64,000 nucleotides of DNA, from the NCBI GenBank assembly GCA_040756995.1, contig JBFLYK010000036.1:192-64191 (forward strand), read 5' to 3'. This DNA is from Actinomycetota bacterium (lineage in GTDB: Bacteria; Actinomycetota; Acidimicrobiia; IMCC26256; BP-133). Under the pieces are notes generated by a model. That model saw nothing but the letters and a program-made list of their open reading frames with translations. It was not told where the DNA came from and made no database searches. A program made the position numbers and the translations under genes. Positions 61,998-64,000 of the stretch are shown here, piece by piece; positions within the stretch are counted from its first letter, which is position 1; the number at the start of each line of letters is the position of its first letter.

Positions 61998-63542
61998 ATG
62001 GCGAGCGGCGACGGGCACCACATCTCCTACTGGCTCGGGACCGCGCCGGGCCGGGAGCACCCGCCGTACACGCCGGACGGGCGGGTGGTCGACGTCGCCG
62101 TCGTCGGCGCCGGCATCACCGGGGTCATGACCGCGCTGCTGGTGGCCGAGGCGGGCGCCTCGGTCGTCGTGCTGGACGCGGGACGGGTCGCCGCCGGCGT
62201 CACGGGCCACACCACAGCCAAGGTCACGTCGCTCCACGGGTTGACCTACGCCGCGCTCGAGCAGACCTTCGGCCCCTCCGGGGCCCGGACCTACGCCGAG
62301 GCCAATCAGGCGGGACTGGCGGAGATCGCCCGGCTCGTCGAGAGCCTCGACATCGACTGCGACTTCGAGCGCCTGCCGGCCTTCACCTACACGGAGGAGG
62401 CAGACCGTGTCCCGACCATCGCCGCCGAGGTGGAAGCGGCGGTGCGGGCCGGGCTCCCGGCCGGCTTCACCACCGACGTCGACCTGCCGTATCCGGTGCA
62501 CGGCGCCATCCGGGTGGAGGACCAGGCGCAGTTCCACCCCCGGCGTTACTGCCTCGCCCTGGCCGATGCTCTGGCCGCTCGCGGCGCGGCGGTGTACGAA
62601 AACACGAGGGTCCTCGGCGTCGAGCCCGGCTCGCCGTGCCGGCTGGTCACCGAACACGGCGAACTGCGGAGCGACCAGGTGGTGGTGGCCACGCAGCTGC
62701 CGATCTTCGACCGGGGCGCCTTCTTCGCCCGCACCTACCCCGAACGCTCCTACGCCCTCGCCGCCACGCTGTCGGGGCCCGTCCCGGCCGGGATGTACCT
62801 GAGCGCCGACACCCCGACCCGCTCGGTCCGCCCGGTGACGGCCGGCGGGCGGGAGGTGGTGCTGGGCGGTGAAGGGCACAAGGTGGCCCACGACCCCGAC
62901 ACCCGCCTCCGCTACGAGGCGCTGGAGCGCTGGTCACACGAGCGGTTCAAGGTCGAGGAGATCACCTACCGGTGGTCGGCGCAGGACTACATGCCGGCTG
63001 ACGGCGTGCCCTACATCGGCCCGGCCGGCCCCGGCGCCTCCCGGATCTTCGTCGCCACCGGGTTCAAGAAGTGGGGGATGTCGACCGCCGCCGTCGCCGC
63101 CCTGATCCTCCGGGACCGGATCGGCGGCCGCGACAACGGCTGGGCGAAATTCTTCGACTCCACCCGCCTCGATCCCAAAGGCGAAGTCAGAAAGGTCGTC
63201 ACGGAGAACCTCGACGTGGCCAAGCGGTTCGTCGGCGACCGCCTCCGGGCCCGTACGGCCCCGCCGGCCAGCGGCCTGGCCGCCGGCGAGGCCGGCCTGT
63301 GCGAGCTCGACGGCCAACGGGTGGCCGCCTTCCGCGACGAGGCGGGCCGGCTGCACGCCGTCTCCCCCCGCTGCACCCATCTCGGCTGCCTGGTCGACTG
63401 GAACACCGCCGAGCGCTCCTGGGACTGCCCCTGCCACGGCTCCCGGTTCACGCCCGACGGCTCGGTTCTCCAGGGCCCGGCCGTGCGGCCCCTCGAACCG
63501 GCGGCCGGCGTGACCGTCGACGGCTCCGGCGCGGCCGGCTGA
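61998..63542 (+). CDS. FAD-dependent oxidoreductase fused to a C-terminal Rieske [2Fe-2S] domain
   Basis: DVAVVGAGITGVMTALLVAEAG (DAO-type FAD fold). C-terminal CTHLGC...CPCHGSRF. Confidence 0.85.
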   Translation: MASGDGHHISYWLGTAPGREHPPYTPDGRVVDVAVVGAGITGVMTALLVAEAGASVVVLDAGRVAAGVTGHTTAKVTSLHGLTYAALEQTFGPSGARTYAEANQAGLAEIARLVESLDIDCDFERLPAFTYTEEADRVPTIAAEVEAAVRAGLPAGFTTDVDLPYPVHGAIRVEDQAQFHPRRYCLALADALAARGAAVYENTRVLGVEPGSPCRLVTEHGELRSDQVVVATQLPIFDRGAFFARTYPERSYALAATLSGPVPAGMYLSADTPTRSVRPVTAGGREVVLGGEGHKVAHDPDTRLRYEALERWSHERFKVEEITYRWSAQDYMPADGVPYIGPAGPGASRIFVATGFKKWGMSTAAVAALILRDRIGGRDNGWAKFFDSTRLDPKGEVRKVVTENLDVAKRFVGDRLRARTAPPASGLAAGEAGLCELDGQRVAAFRDEAGRLHAVSPRCTHLGCLVDWNTAERSWDCPCHGSRFTPDGSVLQGPAVRPLEPAAGVTVDGSGAAG

Positions 63543-63596
63543 GGCGGTTGGCGCTGATCGGCCGGCTGACGGCACCATCGGCGCCTGGCCCAACGA

Positions 63597-64000
63597 CTGC
63601 AAGCCCCGGAGGTTCTGAAGGATCCGTCGGTCCGCACGCTGGCGACGACCGCCGCGGCCACGATCGTCTGCATCCTTCCGCCCTTTCTCCTCGGTGCCAT
63701 GGCGGTGCAGGTCCGGGGCGATCTGGAGTTCTCGGAGACGGGCGTGGGGGTGGCGGTCGGGGCGTTCTTCCTGACCGCCTCCGGTCTGTCGGCCTTCATG
63801 GGTGGCTGGGCGGAGCGGGCCGGCGGCGGCCGGGCGCTACGGCTGGCGGCGCTCTGGGCGGCGACCGCCCAGCTCCTCGTGGCGCTGGGCGCCCGTTCGC
63901 TGGTGCTGCTCACCCTCGTGCTCGCCTTCGCCGGCGCCGCCAACGCTCTGGGGCAGCCGGCCGCCAACCTCGTCATCGCCCGGGCGCTGCCGGCCAATCG
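63597..64000 (+). CDS. MFS transporter, 5' part (runs off the window); start codon unresolved
   Basis: The frame reads ...LKDPSVRTLATTAAATIVCILPPFLLGAMAVQVRGDLEFSETGVGVAVGAFFLTASGLSAFMGGW... (TM1-TM3 of an MFS). After the in-frame stop at 63567 the only ATG/GTG/TTG before TM1 ends is the ATG already inside TM1. Confidence 0.6.
   Translation, partial: MQAPEVLKDPSVRTLATTAAATIVCILPPFLLGAMAVQVRGDLEFSETGVGVAVGAFFLTASGLSAFMGGWAERAGGGRALRLAALWAATAQLLVALGARSLVLLTLVLAFAGAANALGQPAANLVIARALPAN

Noticed and set aside
1-64000. CRISPR arrays, tRNA or rRNA genes, prophage or toxin-antitoxin modules.
   Set aside because: By eye I found no regularly spaced short direct repeats, no tRNA-like cloverleaf candidates in the few AT-richer gaps, and no rRNA-like sequence. 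The ImmA/IrrE-like fragment is a truncated remnant with no partner gene. A covariance-model scan (tRNAscan or Infernal) would be needed to exclude small RNAs formally.

Overview
Very GC-rich window with strong GC3 codon bias, which looks actinobacterial. That taxonomic guess is an inference from composition and protein families. I saw no rRNA, tRNA or CRISPR array.

(1) 1-11.3 kb is a graveyard of nested mobile elements. An IS21 element (istA/istB) has truncated an IS1380-family transposase gene. That gene is also split right after its putative start codon by an endonuclease-encoding (En+) group II intron. An IS5-superfamily element sits inside an istA-like remnant and carries a second group II intron that lacks the endonuclease domain (En-). 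There is also one intact SDR (short-chain dehydrogenase/reductase) gene and one decayed copy.

(2) 11.7-41.8 kb is a dense catabolic island. It holds two PaaA/PaaC-type di-iron oxygenase paralogues 15 kb apart and a beta-oxidation-like module (SCPx thiolase + DUF35, split MaoC hydratase). It also holds a Rieske ferredoxin and a Liv-type ABC importer with two embedded unknown envelope proteins, plus SCP2, SDRs and TetRs. A compact 9-gene operon follows: reductase, Zn-ribbon peptide, PaaA-like, RidA, PaaK-like ligase, two small paralogues, orphan Mo-hydroxylase large subunit, amidohydrolase. The island ends with a convergent soluble di-iron monooxygenase (SDIMO; alpha/beta/effector only) and a crotonase/ACAD/fused-E1-alpha-beta/EthD/SDR operon.

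A TTACT-N8-AGTAA palindrome recurs at the promoters of these operons and suggests one regulon. This island, especially 25.5-33 kb, is my best candidate for an undescribed system: a CoA-dependent aromatic or N-heterocyclic acid pathway. The function is inferred only.

(3) 41.8-53.1 kb contains gene remnants, a hydrolase-TetR-small-ORF unit and an MFS/TetR pair. It also contains a decayed AcoR/MimR-like regulator cut by an IS110 element, and a second copy of a 245-bp repeat.

(4) 53.5-64 kb contains a 1124-aa secreted multi-domain protein, a DUF5996-like protein and a KaiC-like/XRE/cupin regulator. It also contains DksA/TraR, DoxX-like, ArsR-like, folP, a FAD-Rieske fusion and a partial MFS gene.

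Many long ORFs in the six-frame track are GC-driven shadow frames and were not called.
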